A DNA stretch of 64,000 nt, taken from an uncultured Methanosarcinaceae archaeon. Its GTDB lineage: Archaea; Halobacteriota; Methanosarcinia; Methanosarcinales; Methanosarcinaceae. A program made the translations under genes and the position numbers. Shown in pieces: positions 21,741 to 31,891 of this stretch (the stretch's first letter is position 1; every line of letters starts with the position of its first letter). The notes under the pieces are model-generated. The model searched no databases and was not told where the DNA came from. It saw nothing but the letters and a program-made list of their open reading frames with translations. The stretch is from the NCBI GenBank assembly GCA_963847185.1, contig CAWJYV010000001.1:192001-256000 (forward strand), written 5' to 3'.

Positions 21741-22748
21741 TTAGAGAGAGGAAGTAGCAGTCTTCCTCTCTCCATGTGCAGGATGCCAGCGTAGAAAATG
21801 ATTCTGAACGCGTTCAAAGACAGCCATTATCCCTATAACAACCCCTGTCATCAGAATCATTCCAGCAATTACCTTGTCATAATTTGCAAATTGGTGATAA
21901 TACTGGATATACCAGCCAAGTCCTGATGTCGCAGCAATCATTTCAGCAACTGTTAAAGTGATAAATGAAAGTATCAATGCTATCATTGCACCCGAAAATA
22001 TAGAAGGCAATGCAGCAGGCAGGAGAATTTTCCTGATCATCTGGTAGTCCGAAAGACCCAGTGTGCGTGCAGAGTTGATGAGGCGGGAATCCGCTGAGAA
22101 AACCCCGTAAACCGCGCCAACAAGGATAGGCCAGAATGCTCCAATGAAAATTAAAAAAATTGAGGATGCCCTGAAAGTCGGTAGAAGAACGATAGAATAT
22201 GGTAAATACACAGTTGCCGGGATAGGAGATACCGTTTTTGCAATGGGGTATGCTACATTATACAGCCTTTTTTTCCAGCCTGCATAAAGTCCTATTGGAA
22301 TAGCAAGGGCAAGAGCAAGGAAATATCCTGTAAGAAGGATGCCAAGAGAACTGATTACCCCCTCTGTCATTTGCCCTGTGTCGGTTTGGAACACCAGGAA
22401 GACTTTTGCTGGACCTGGAAAGATGAAAGAATCGAGAAGCGCAAGTTTTCCAAGAAGCAGCTCCCAGAGAAACAATCCCAGGGATATGATTAGAAATATA
22501 TCAGTGGTTGAAACAATATTTTCATAATTTAAGTACAACTTTGCTCCGTATATGACCGTAATCAGAAGAAGAAAGGCAACAAATGCCCTATTGTCGTTTA
22601 CCGCCTGTTCGGGTGAATCCGGAAATCCAACTGTCATAATAAGAGTAGCAAATAAAATGGTAAAAACAGCGACTGACCTGAGAATATTGTTGGATATTAT
22701 GCTGCCCCTTCCGGCTACAGTGCCTAATCTAAAGCTATTTTCTGACAT
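21741..22748 (-). CDS. ABC transporter permease, SsuC/TauC/NrtB type
   Basis: Multiple TM helices, EAA-like loop LINSARTLG, AEM...GLG motif; extra N-terminal TM segments. Confidence 0.9.
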   Translation of the reverse strand: MSENSFRLGTVAGRGSIISNNILRSVAVFTILFATLIMTVGFPDSPEQAVNDNRAFVAFLLLITVIYGAKLYLNYENIVSTTDIFLIISLGLFLWELLLGKLALLDSFIFPGPAKVFLVFQTDTGQMTEGVISSLGILLTGYFLALALAIPIGLYAGWKKRLYNVAYPIAKTVSPIPATVYLPYSIVLLPTFRASSIFLIFIGAFWPILVGAVYGVFSADSRLINSARTLGLSDYQMIRKILLPAALPSIFSGAMIALILSFITLTVAEMIAATSGLGWYIQYYHQFANYDKVIAGMILMTGVVIGIMAVFERVQNHFLRWHPAHGERKTATSSL

Positions 22749-23566
22749 TATACAAACTCCTTCAGTTCTTTTTCCTGCTTTTTGAGCTCTTCTATCATCT
22801 CCCCATACAATATCGAAAGAAGATGCGATTTTAGAGCAAGATAATTTGGATCAATACTAAGATCTTTACGGTGCCTTGGGCGGGAGAACGGCACTTCAAT
22901 CACTTCTTTTACACTCCCGGGCGAGGGAGTCATGATAGCAATTTTATCTGAAAGCAAAAGTGCTTCGTCCACATCATGGGTAACAAAAAGTACAGTCTTA
23001 CGCTGCTCTCCTTCTGACCACAGATGCAAAAGAAGGTCCTGCATGTATATTCTATTAAGGGAGTCAAGAGCCCCAAAGGGTTCGTCCATAAGGAAAACTT
23101 TAGGGTCCATAGAGAACATTCTGGCAATTGAGGCACGCTGACGCATTCCACCTGAAAGTGTACCTGGATATACATCCTTAAATTTCCCAAGCCCTACCAG
23201 ATCAATAAACTTCTGCGCCAGTTCCTCTATATTCCTTCGGCCTCCAATTTTGTTCGAATGTTCAATCGCAAAGCAGATATTTTCGAAAGTTGTCATCCAG
23301 GGAAAAAGTGAATAATCCTGAAATACGGTACCACGATCGGTTCCTGGTCCCTTTACCTGGATATCATCTATTAGAACTGAGCCATCTGAAGGGGGAAGCA
23401 AACCCGATACTATATCAACTATTGTACTTTTCCCACAACCTGAAGGGCCAATGAGGGAAATGAACTCTCCATTTCCTATATTCAGATTAACGTTTGAGAG
23501 CGCTTTATAGCCCGTACCGTTATTTCCATAGGATAATGAAATGTTCTTCAAATCAATCGTTGCCGT
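22748..23566 (-). CDS. ABC transporter ATP-binding protein, SsuB/TauB type
   Basis: GPSGCGKS, LSGGMRQR, LMDEPFGALD, FVTHD; the SD-positioned start is an ACG at 23564-23566 (TTG at 23551 is the next candidate). Confidence 0.92.
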   Translation of the reverse strand, partial: TATIDLKNISLSYGNNGTGYKALSNVNLNIGNGEFISLIGPSGCGKSTIVDIVSGLLPPSDGSVLIDDIQVKGPGTDRGTVFQDYSLFPWMTTFENICFAIEHSNKIGGRRNIEELAQKFIDLVGLGKFKDVYPGTLSGGMRQRASIARMFSMDPKVFLMDEPFGALDSLNRIYMQDLLLHLWSEGEQRKTVLFVTHDVDEALLLSDKIAIMTPSPGSVKEVIEVPFSRPRHRKDLSIDPNYLALKSHLLSILYGEMIEELKKQEKELKEFV

Positions 23567-24126
23567 TTTTATCCCTCCATAAAAATTTAAAACCGGAACG
23601 GGATGAAGTATGATATTGATTTTTTTCCGAATATAGATTTGATTTATAATTCATAAGATACACCAGTAATAGCTCACAGGTCATAGATTAAGGAGTAATC
23701 TTGCCTGGATTATTCGATTCTTGTCTCTTTTGACCTCAAATTCCTTTCTTAATTCATTTTAAAACCTAAAATTAATACACAGTTTCATTCAGTATCCAAA
23801 AACTTGAAACTATTTGGAAGTGAATGCTATAACAACCCTTCATTAACCGAAGACTCAATAATGTAACACGAAAACAAGAGATTTATACGCTGAGAAGTAA
23901 GCAATTATTGGCAGAGTAATTATGATTTTGAACTTTTTGCGGCAAAAAAGCTTCAATAAAGCAGAAAAAATCGAAAGAATGAGGCAAAATTGCCTCAATT
24001 AAACGGTTTGCGTACAAATGAAGGCTATTTTTACTCAAATATCGACGTATAAATTTCTCATTATCCTATGGACACCTCAGCAACGGTTTTTTTTGAGATT
24101 AATCAAAAAATTTGAAAGAGGTACTT

Positions 24127-25263
24127 ATGGATAAAAAACACATATTAGGGATATTTATTGCTCTTATTGTGCTTGCAGGTATTGGTGTTATTCTACTAAA
24201 TCCAAGTGATTCTTCGGATTCGAGTGGTTCAAAGAAAGTTAATACTCCTCCTGTTCAGCAGAGTGGCAATACTTCAGCACCTGTTCAGCAGAACGCATCG
24301 AGCTCCGGAGCTAAGACTGTAAGGCATGGATATCTTCCCTCAAATGGAGATGCTTTGATCTTTATAGCAAAGGAAGAGGGCTTCTGGGACCAGGAAGGTT
24401 TAAACGTGGAGTTGTATCAGTTTACAAAAGGTACAGAAGGTTACAATGCATTATTTGGCAATAAGCTTGATACAGTAGGAGCTGGAACGTCAGATCCTGC
24501 CACTTACATTGCACAGGGAGCAGATATAACAATTATCGGCGGGCTGATGAGTGAAGGTCAGTTTCTGGTAACTGCCCCTGAAGATGCAAAGGATCTTGCA
24601 GACCTCAATAATTGGCAGGGTAAAAAAATTGCCACAATTACCATGTCCAACGGAGACCTTATCTATAAGGCTGCACTGAAAAAAGCAGGTATAGACTGGA
24701 AAAAGGAAGTAATATTCCTTGAGTTAGGGTCACCCAATGCGGTGCTGGAAGCGGTCAAGACTGGAAAAGCCGACGGGGGAATAATATGGATTCCTTATGA
24801 GATACTTGCACAAAATCAGGGTCTGTCCATAGCATCTTACTCTTATCAATACTATGATAACCACCCCTGCTGCCGGATTGCGCTGAAGACTGAAACCCTG
24901 AATGAAGATAGGGATACCTATGTGAAGTTTGAAAAAGGCCTTATTAAGGCTTACAAGTTCTTCAGCGAAAATCAAAATGAATCCGTCGATGATATCCAGA
25001 AATATGTTAATGTTGATAAAGAGGCAATCCGCCAATCAACCTGGAGTAATTATTTCTTTGCGTCCCCTGATCCCAATACAAACGGAGTAAAGGAATATTA
25101 CCAGATGATGAAGGACAGCGGGTACATCGATACGGATGTCAAGATAGAGAACCACATCGACAGTACAGTATACAAACAGGCTCTCGAAGAATTGATCAAA
25201 GAAAATCCTGATGACCAGTTCTATCAGAAGCTGCTCTCTGAACATAAAGAAATGAACGAGTGA
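24127..25263 (+). CDS. ABC transporter substrate-binding protein, SsuA/NrtA type, N-terminally anchored
   Basis: TM anchor, Ser/Gln linker, GYLP..GD...IAKEEGF, HPCC motif; GAGGT SD before ATG 24127; divergent from the ATPase/permease genes. Confidence 0.88.
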   Translation: MDKKHILGIFIALIVLAGIGVILLNPSDSSDSSGSKKVNTPPVQQSGNTSAPVQQNASSSGAKTVRHGYLPSNGDALIFIAKEEGFWDQEGLNVELYQFTKGTEGYNALFGNKLDTVGAGTSDPATYIAQGADITIIGGLMSEGQFLVTAPEDAKDLADLNNWQGKKIATITMSNGDLIYKAALKKAGIDWKKEVIFLELGSPNAVLEAVKTGKADGGIIWIPYEILAQNQGLSIASYSYQYYDNHPCCRIALKTETLNEDRDTYVKFEKGLIKAYKFFSENQNESVDDIQKYVNVDKEAIRQSTWSNYFFASPDPNTNGVKEYYQMMKDSGYIDTDVKIENHIDSTVYKQALEELIKENPDDQFYQKLLSEHKEMNE

Positions 25264-25439
25264 TCGTAAGCATCGGGTAAATTCAGAAGAAGTATTGTCT
25301 AAAGAAAAATCGGAAAAATCAATCATATAGTCATAAGCATGGAGAGCATTATACTCTTCAGTTTATGATATCTTATTTTTCGTATCAAGCTTAAAATAAA
25401 TGTTGATTTTGTTCCGATTTATACTACCCGAGAATATCA

Positions 25440-25703
25440 ATGAAGGAACTTATGGACAAAAAATATCTGCTTATCGGGGGTTTATGTGCTATTTTTGTGC
25501 TTGCGGGCATCTTTTCAATTTTACTAAAACCCAGCAGCTCTTCGGATTCGAGGAGATTACAGGACTTGTATACCCCACCTATTGTTGAGTGCTGCAGTGG
25601 TTTTGATAATGTCTCCATGAATATCTCGGATGACACAAATAATTCTACATGTAAGCCTGAAACTCTCAGAAACGTAGCTAACTCTCAAAAGGTTATTAAA
25701 TGA
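25440..25703 (+). CDS. Small membrane-anchored protein duplicating the N-terminus of the upstream binding protein (possible relic)
   Basis: MDKKYLLIGG..IFVLAGIFSILLKPSSSSDS...TPP parallels MDKKHILG..LIVLAGIGVILLNPSDSSDS...TPP. Confidence 0.5.
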   Translation: MKELMDKKYLLIGGLCAIFVLAGIFSILLKPSSSSDSRRLQDLYTPPIVECCSGFDNVSMNISDDTNNSTCKPETLRNVANSQKVIK

Positions 25704-26091
25704 TTTGGAGTTGAAGACAGAGATTTCTTAAAAAGAAAGCTTAAATATAAAAACCTAATCGATCCACAATTCATTTCTTGTTTTTCCTCTTTTTCAACCT
25801 GTAAATTTTTTGATATTAATCATCATAAAATGATGACTCTCTGATCATATTCTCTCAAAATGAAGGAGTTGCTTTTATATGGTCTTTTTTGTTTACTATT
25901 TCTACTTTTGATAAGATTTTATGTATTGATAAAGTAAACAGAAAAACCTATTTGTGTCTCAATTTTGTGAGCAAAATTGAGCTTTCAGAATAATGTTGAG
26001 ATCAAGTTAATAGTTTGCATGGAGGTGATTTAGGCACTTTTTGCCGTAAAAAAGGGTTTTTAATACCAATAATGAGTATTATATTTTGTTA

Positions 26092-26107
26092 GTTCACAAT
26101 TGAGAAT
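26092..26107. promoter_or_regulatory. Copy of palindromic operator candidate (14/16)
   Basis: GTTCACAATTGAGAAT vs consensus GTTCACAATTGTGAAC. Confidence 0.4.
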
Positions 26108-26649
26108 TAGTGTTTGTAGAATGATAAAAGGCTACGATTGTGGACAATTTAACTCTGCAACCTGAATACTCTGGGAAGTGGCTTAAGAGTTTTCTAAGAA
26201 TACAGAGAAAACCGGATCCAAGATATATAAACAGAAAAATAAGGGAGGTGATATTTACCTTTAAAAGAGGTTTTAATCTAGGTAGATGTATAATAAATTA
26301 TTAACTTAAAACTGTAAAAGTGTTTGGCAATTTCTACTCTGGATTGGCTAAATATGGAAACCTCAATTGTTATAATGGACACAAAATTGTTTGCACAACC
26401 CACAACACACTAAGTGTAGAATTCCAGTACATATCGAACAGGCATAAAATCATTTGTACAATCCACATCCACAAAAATTCACAAAAATATCAATTTTAAT
26501 ATTTTCTTTAATAGTAATGAAAAAAACCCATATCTAACTCTTTAGCGGAAAATATTGGAGATACCGGAATAGATGCTATAATTGTAAATTTTTGCTGGAT
26601 GTAAGTACAAATTAAAGACTCGAAAAGTAAAAAGAACTTAAGAAAGACT

Positions 26650-26720
26650 GCTGAGATGATGGGAAGGTCACGCAGTGGACTGCAGATCCATTAATCCCGG
26701 TTCGAGTCAGGGTCTTAGCT
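26650..26720 (+). tRNA. tRNA-Cys(GCA), degenerate / probable pseudogene
   Basis: Acceptor GCTGAGA/TCTTAGC + discriminator T; anticodon arm GTGGA-CTGCAGA-TCCAT; T arm CCCGG-TTCGAGT-CAGGG with one G.A mismatch; D stem ATG/CGC poorly paired; no encoded CCA. Confidence 0.8.
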
Positions 26721-27130
26721 TAAAGAGTTTACTGCAAAGCTGAGCATTACATACGCCTCATGTTTTTCTTTTCTCAGTTCATTTTCGAAGATCACTCTAA
26801 AAGTCTAAGTAAAAGTCTAAGCCTCAGTGATTGAAATTCCTCTCCTGTTGTGATGTATCCCGTTCCGAACCTACCTGCTCAGCTGCGAAAGTAGCGGATT
26901 ATTTAGGCTGCTGCACAAAAAAGAGTGAATCTCAAGCGAGCCGGGGTGAGAAAGTGTAAATTCAAATATCGTACCTTCTGCTTCTGTCTTTTTAGTTATA
27001 TGCATATTTTATCCACTTATTCTCTTATGTATGTCCGGTCCTGCAAGCACTTGGTTAACATCGTTAACATTATAAATTTGTAAAGCAATTTAAGTGTAAG
27101 ACAAGAAAAGAAATTACATGAAGAGGAAAT

Positions 27131-27410
27131 ATGCAAACCGATAACCTCGAACCTGAAAAGCGCATAAATTTTCCTGCCGTGAAAGTCTACTAAAAACCAA
27201 TTCTGAATTAATTGCTATCCTTCAGGAATAAGTCAATATAAATCGGTTCAGAGCACAGAAGGAGATTCAATCAAAATTGGATACATAAGAGCCTTGATAC
27301 AGGCTTTACAGGCTCAGAACTCTATTCTCAACGATATTTGAGCTTGTTGCTACTAAATGGAGCTTGAAGAGATAGGGAACTGGCAAAAGATCAGTCACAC
27401 AATTAAGACT
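27131..27410 (+). pseudogene. Decayed small helical protein gene
   Basis: SD-like GAGG then ATG 27131; pieces in different frames read ...SLLKTNSELIAILQE, EGDSIKIGYIRALIQALQAQNSILND; interrupted by stops and shifts; family not established. Confidence 0.3.
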
Positions 27411-27434
27411 GGGAACTGAATCTATTGGCCCTTA

Positions 27435-28946
27435 ATGGAGGTACTGGATATGGACGAGATGACAGTAAATGCAGCAAAAAAACGATTTGATAATAGCAAG
27501 AAGAAAAGCTTTGCTTTCGATGTGCTGACACTTACAGGCGGGGCAACTCTTGCCCAAATTCTTACTATTCTATCAATTCCTGTTTTAACACGTTTATACC
27601 AGCCTGAAAATTTTGGGGTATGGGCTCTATACAGTTCTATTACCAGCATTATCAGCGTTATAATATGCATGCGATATGAGTACTCCATTATGTTACCTGA
27701 ATCGGACGAGGATGCCGTAAATCTCTTAGGAGTGAGTTTTCTTTCAATAGGGGTTGTAACCATCCTAACCCTGGCAATAATATGGTTCTTTAAAGAGCTT
27801 ATAATTAATATTTTGAATTCTCCTCAAATAGGAAACTACCTCTGGCTTGTACCCCCATTTATTCTTGTAAATGGAGCATTTCTTGCCTTAAATAGCTGGA
27901 ATTCAAGGACTAAACTTTTCAAGAGATTGTCCCTTTCAAGAATATCAAGTTCTCTTTCGACTATTGCAACACAGATAATTATAGGAATTCTTGATAAAAA
28001 GAGCCCAACTGGCCTAATAACCGGCAGTCTTACTGGGCAATCTGTGGCAACATTTATACTTGCGGGGCTGATTTGGAGAGATGATAGAAACCTGATCAGA
28101 AAAAGCCTCAACTGGAAGAAAATGTATGAAGTATTTAAAAGGTACAGTAAATTTCCACTGGTAGACTCATTTTCCGCCCTTATGAATTCGATCTCCTGGC
28201 AACTTCCAGCTTTCCTTCTTGCGGCCTTTTTTTCTCCTACAATCGTCGGTTTTTATTCCCTTGGATTTAGACTTATTCAGATGCCAATGAGTTTAATTGG
28301 CAGTTCGATTTCACAGGTATTTTTCCAGAGGGCATCAAGAGCCTCATCTCAGGGAACTCTACCCACACTTGTAGAAAATGTATTCAAAATTCTTGTAATA
28401 ATAGGCATGTTTCCGATATTAGTCCTGACAATTGTAGGAAGCGATGTTTTTACTGTGATTTTCGGAAACGCTTGGGCAGAAGCAGGAGTTTATACCCAAA
28501 TCCTTGGGCTTTGGGCTTTCGTCTGGTTCATATCATCTCCCCTGGATGGAATATATCTTATAGCTGAAGAGTATGATTTTGGTTTTTATTTCAATTTTAT
28601 TAACCTAGCTACACGCTTTCTTTCACTTATTATCGGCGGTTTGTTCGGAAGCGCACGTATAGCACTTATTCTTTTTTCAATATCAGGAATTGTGGTATAT
28701 GGCTACCTTTGCCTGAAGATGATGTCCTATTCCGGAGTAAAAATTTCAAGAGCCCTAAAAATCGTATTCTCAAATTTTATGCTTTTTGTTCCTGCAGGGA
28801 TTATCCTTGTTGCTCTGAAAATCAGAGAAACAAACCCGATTCTGCTTGTTGTCTTTTCCGGCGTGATTATCGGCATTTATTACATGTATATTTTGAAAAC
28901 CGATACTAATGTGAAAAAAATACTGAAAGAATTTCGAGCCGGATGA
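27435..28946 (+). CDS. Oligosaccharide/polysaccharide flippase (Wzx/MOP superfamily)
   Basis: About 12-14 TM segments, IPVLTRLYQPENFG, RYEYSIMLP, VGFYSLGFR motifs; no glycosyltransferases nearby. Confidence 0.88.
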   Translation: MEVLDMDEMTVNAAKKRFDNSKKKSFAFDVLTLTGGATLAQILTILSIPVLTRLYQPENFGVWALYSSITSIISVIICMRYEYSIMLPESDEDAVNLLGVSFLSIGVVTILTLAIIWFFKELIINILNSPQIGNYLWLVPPFILVNGAFLALNSWNSRTKLFKRLSLSRISSSLSTIATQIIIGILDKKSPTGLITGSLTGQSVATFILAGLIWRDDRNLIRKSLNWKKMYEVFKRYSKFPLVDSFSALMNSISWQLPAFLLAAFFSPTIVGFYSLGFRLIQMPMSLIGSSISQVFFQRASRASSQGTLPTLVENVFKILVIIGMFPILVLTIVGSDVFTVIFGNAWAEAGVYTQILGLWAFVWFISSPLDGIYLIAEEYDFGFYFNFINLATRFLSLIIGGLFGSARIALILFSISGIVVYGYLCLKMMSYSGVKISRALKIVFSNFMLFVPAGIILVALKIRETNPILLVVFSGVIIGIYYMYILKTDTNVKKILKEFRAG

Positions 28947-29648
28947 TATGACTTAAAAAATCAAAGCTGTGCTGGTACACTCCTTAATAAGCTGCGAAGT
29001 ATTAGAATGGAATAAAAAGAATGGAATAAAAATATCTTTATTGTTGCGAATCGATGCATTATCATTTTTATTTTTCAAAATATATTAAAATATATGGAAG
29101 TGAATTTACCTGAAATTTTACAAGAGCTGATTTTTTCGGGTTTCTGTCAGATCCTTATCCTGATTTTATATTTCTCGATTTTGATTGATTTTCAGTTTCC
29201 TGAATATGCATCATAAGTATGCATTTTTGTTTTTTATCGTTCTCTTTAAATTGTGGCTAACGATTGATTATATAATGCAAGATTCCAAAAAATCTAGATG
29301 TATTACACAAAAACAGTAATCTCGAGGACCTACAGATTAAGGGCTTTTAACAAAGGCGGGAAGTCCTAGATTCTGTGACCTGCTCCTCATACTGCAAGGT
29401 TAATAATTGGATTTCTAATCTATTTTGAACAGGATCTATTTACAGACTTTCTGAAATGTGCTTTTATACTCTCAAAACCCTTGTATGAGCTTTTTCTACC
29501 CAGGGTATCTAAAAGGCACATAAACAGGATAAAGGTACCATTAATCCGACTCTAATAAACCAAAGTGCAAGTCTTTTTGGCTCTACATGGTACTTCTTTG
29601 CCGGTACATAAGAGAGAAGTTCAGTTAGCGAAAGAAAGATTAAAATTT

Positions 29649-30388
29649 GACATTGGTATCTAAATACTGATATATATTATGAGAACTTATATCTCTTGAT
29701 GAACTGCCCAAGATGTAAGAGTCTCGATCATAATAAGAATGGTAAAGTTAATGGCCGTCAACGCTACAAATGCTCTGATTGTGGATATAATTATTCAGTA
29801 GAGCTAAAATCAACTGCTAGTTCCGCATCTGTTAAGAGACAGGCTTTACAACTCTATCTTGAAGGATTAGGATTTCGGTCAATAGGGCGTTTTTTGGGAG
29901 TAAGTCATGTTTCCGTCCAAAAATGGATAAAGAAATTTGGTCAGGAGCTAGAGGAACTAAAAAGCGAAAATGAGATATCTATTGTTGAAATGGATGAGAT
30001 GCACACTTACATCGGTAACAAAAAAAATATTGCTGGATCTGGATTGCTGTTGATAGATTTGGGAAAAAGTTCATCAACTGCTCTTTTGGCAGCAGAGGAA
30101 CAGAAACTGGACAAAAACTCTGGGAAAAATTAAAGGAAAAAAAGATTGAAAAAGTGATGACTGATCACTGGAGGGCATATGCAGAGTTCGTCCCAGATAA
30201 AATTCATACTCAATCCAAAGCAGAAACGTATACTGTTGAAGGATATAACAGCATACTTAGGCACTTTCTGGCAAGATTGAGAAGAAAGACAAAGTGTTAT
30301 ACTAAGAGTCTTGAAATGCTAAAGTACTCAGTTCTTCTCTTAATGAAATACAGAAATAATGAGTTAACTATATTTAGGTAACAATGCC
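29649..30388 (+). mobile_element. IS1-family insertion sequence (740 bp), apparently intact
   Basis: IRs GACATTGGTATCTAAATA / GGCATTGTTACCTAAATA (rc); 8-bp target duplication TAAAATTT at 29641-29648 and 30389-30396. Confidence 0.92.
29699..30381 (+). CDS. IS1 transposase InsAB (programmed -1 frameshift)
   Basis: CPRC...CSDC zinc ribbon, HTH, EMDEMH; A8 run at 30020-30027; the -1 frame reads KYCWIWIAVDR...MTDHW...VEGYN without a stop to 30381. Confidence 0.9.
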
Positions 30389-30442
30389 TAAAATTTTTGT
30401 AAATCAAAAAAGATAATAATTAATAAAAACAAAAACATTATG

Positions 30443-30559
30443 TCACTTGCCAGAAATAAGCATCGTGCTCAGTTCTTCGGCCAGCATGACGGCGCCTCTA
30501 TATCCTGAGTAACCTTTTGAGAGTACTACCTGATCATGTAATGGGAACGTGAGAGGAAA
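30443..30559 (-). pseudogene. C-terminal relic of a nitrogenase component-1-like (NifK/NifN/MarK-like) subunit
   Basis: Minus strand reads FPLTFPLHDQVVLSKGYSGYRGAVMLAEELSTMLISGK*, matching the FP..D.......Y.GY.GA..L.E terminal motif of component-1 subunits; no start codon. Confidence 0.7.
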
Positions 30560-30626
30560 GATCCGTTAACAGCAGAAACTCAGTAAGAAATGGAAGAGAG
30601 CAGTATAATGTTGAAGAAACCTCTCA

Positions 30627-31871
30627 TTAGAGAGGTTCCAGCATCTTTGTTGGTACGAATTCCTGTTTTATAATCCGGTTCTTAAGCATAGTACAGAGTC
30701 TTTCTGCTCTGGCCCTATCTGACTGCCTCAGGGATACAGGAATAGTCCCTTCAGCCAGCTCTATTGATCCGAGTCTTGCACGGAATACCCCTTCGGAGCA
30801 CTGAAGTGTACAGGTGCCACAATTGATACAGAGATCTCTGTTGATGATACAGTCATTTGAGATTGCCTCCGTGGGACAGGTGCGCATTGCGGCACAATCA
30901 GGATGGTGCAGGCATCTGTCTTTTTCGACACGGATCAATTTGTCTGTATCTCTCCAGATATGTCCATAGTTTACTTTTGAGTGTGCAGTACGCCCGTTCA
31001 CATCTGATACTGGAAGTGGAACATTCTGGTCCAGAATTTTTAATCCTGTGAGTATTTCATCGTCAAGAACAGGTATTGGAACGGCAAGTGAAGTCAGACA
31101 CTCAGGCCCGTGCGCAGTTTTCATTCCGCCCATCATAGTGGGGTCCATTCCCTTCATGTCTGCAAAGGCAGAGACATTCGGTTTATCCGGACTGGCTCTG
31201 GTTCCTTTTCCTATAATATAACCAGGTGCCCCATTTAACAGGACCCGAGTACCTACACCTATTGACCTGTGCGAGGGGTCATTCTGCAGTGGGTTTATTT
31301 CACCGCACCCTGATACGGTTGTTTCTGTAAAAGGACCTGTCAGGCCTGTAACTGAGAAAATAGTGCTAATCGTGGATGAAGTAGGATTTATAAGTGCATG
31401 GTAATTTTTAAATGCAAGTCTTGTGGTAATGATTCTGGCATAGTCGATATCGTCAAGGGTAACTCTATTCTCATAACGCCTGCCATGTGCCTCTACAAGA
31501 ACATCGATTTCTTTTCCTTTTACCAGGTCCCGGAAAAGATGGCCTCCTCCATAATGATCATCTGCATGTGAAGTTCCGTTGATAACCAGATCCACGACTC
31601 CGAGGCGCTCATTAGGACAGGGACCGGGTTGAGCAGGTACACCATTTAGCCAGATAGCATCTGCCCTTTCAAAGCTGCATTTTCCTGCAACCGGTACCAT
31701 CATAACTGCCATAGTGCCTGACATCACGCCAAATGTTCCGGTCGTGACTACATCCACATCGTCAACAGTCACATTTTTACCTTCACGCACCATGGACTTG
31801 AGCTCGGCAGCTGTAAGAATTATGGCTTCTTTGTTTGTAATCTTCTCATTAATTTGTTCAATCGTTTTCAT
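30627..31871 (-). CDS. DUF39 / homocysteine-biosynthesis-family protein with C-terminal ferredoxin domain (methanogenesis marker 16-like)
   Basis: TIEQINEKI, DVDVVTTGTFG, GPCPNERLG, YGGGHLF, SGCGEINPLQNDP; Fe-S motifs CxxxxxCxxxxxCP and CINCGTCxxxC. Confidence 0.85.
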   Translation of the reverse strand: MKTIEQINEKITNKEAIILTAAELKSMVREGKNVTVDDVDVVTTGTFGVMSGTMAVMMVPVAGKCSFERADAIWLNGVPAQPGPCPNERLGVVDLVINGTSHADDHYGGGHLFRDLVKGKEIDVLVEAHGRRYENRVTLDDIDYARIITTRLAFKNYHALINPTSSTISTIFSVTGLTGPFTETTVSGCGEINPLQNDPSHRSIGVGTRVLLNGAPGYIIGKGTRASPDKPNVSAFADMKGMDPTMMGGMKTAHGPECLTSLAVPIPVLDDEILTGLKILDQNVPLPVSDVNGRTAHSKVNYGHIWRDTDKLIRVEKDRCLHHPDCAAMRTCPTEAISNDCIINRDLCINCGTCTLQCSEGVFRARLGSIELAEGTIPVSLRQSDRARAERLCTMLKNRIIKQEFVPTKMLEPL

Positions 31872-31891
31872 ATTACCGATCTCTTCAATAT

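Noticed and set aside
23981-23996. Dyad GAGGCAAAATTGCCTC, with a similar AGGCAGAAATTGCCT near 40984
   Set aside because: Only two instances with different spacing; too weak to call a second operator
27435-28946. Flippase as part of the sulfur module
   Set aside because: Opposite strand, bounded by relics and an IS1, and lacks the palindrome; more likely an independent insertion
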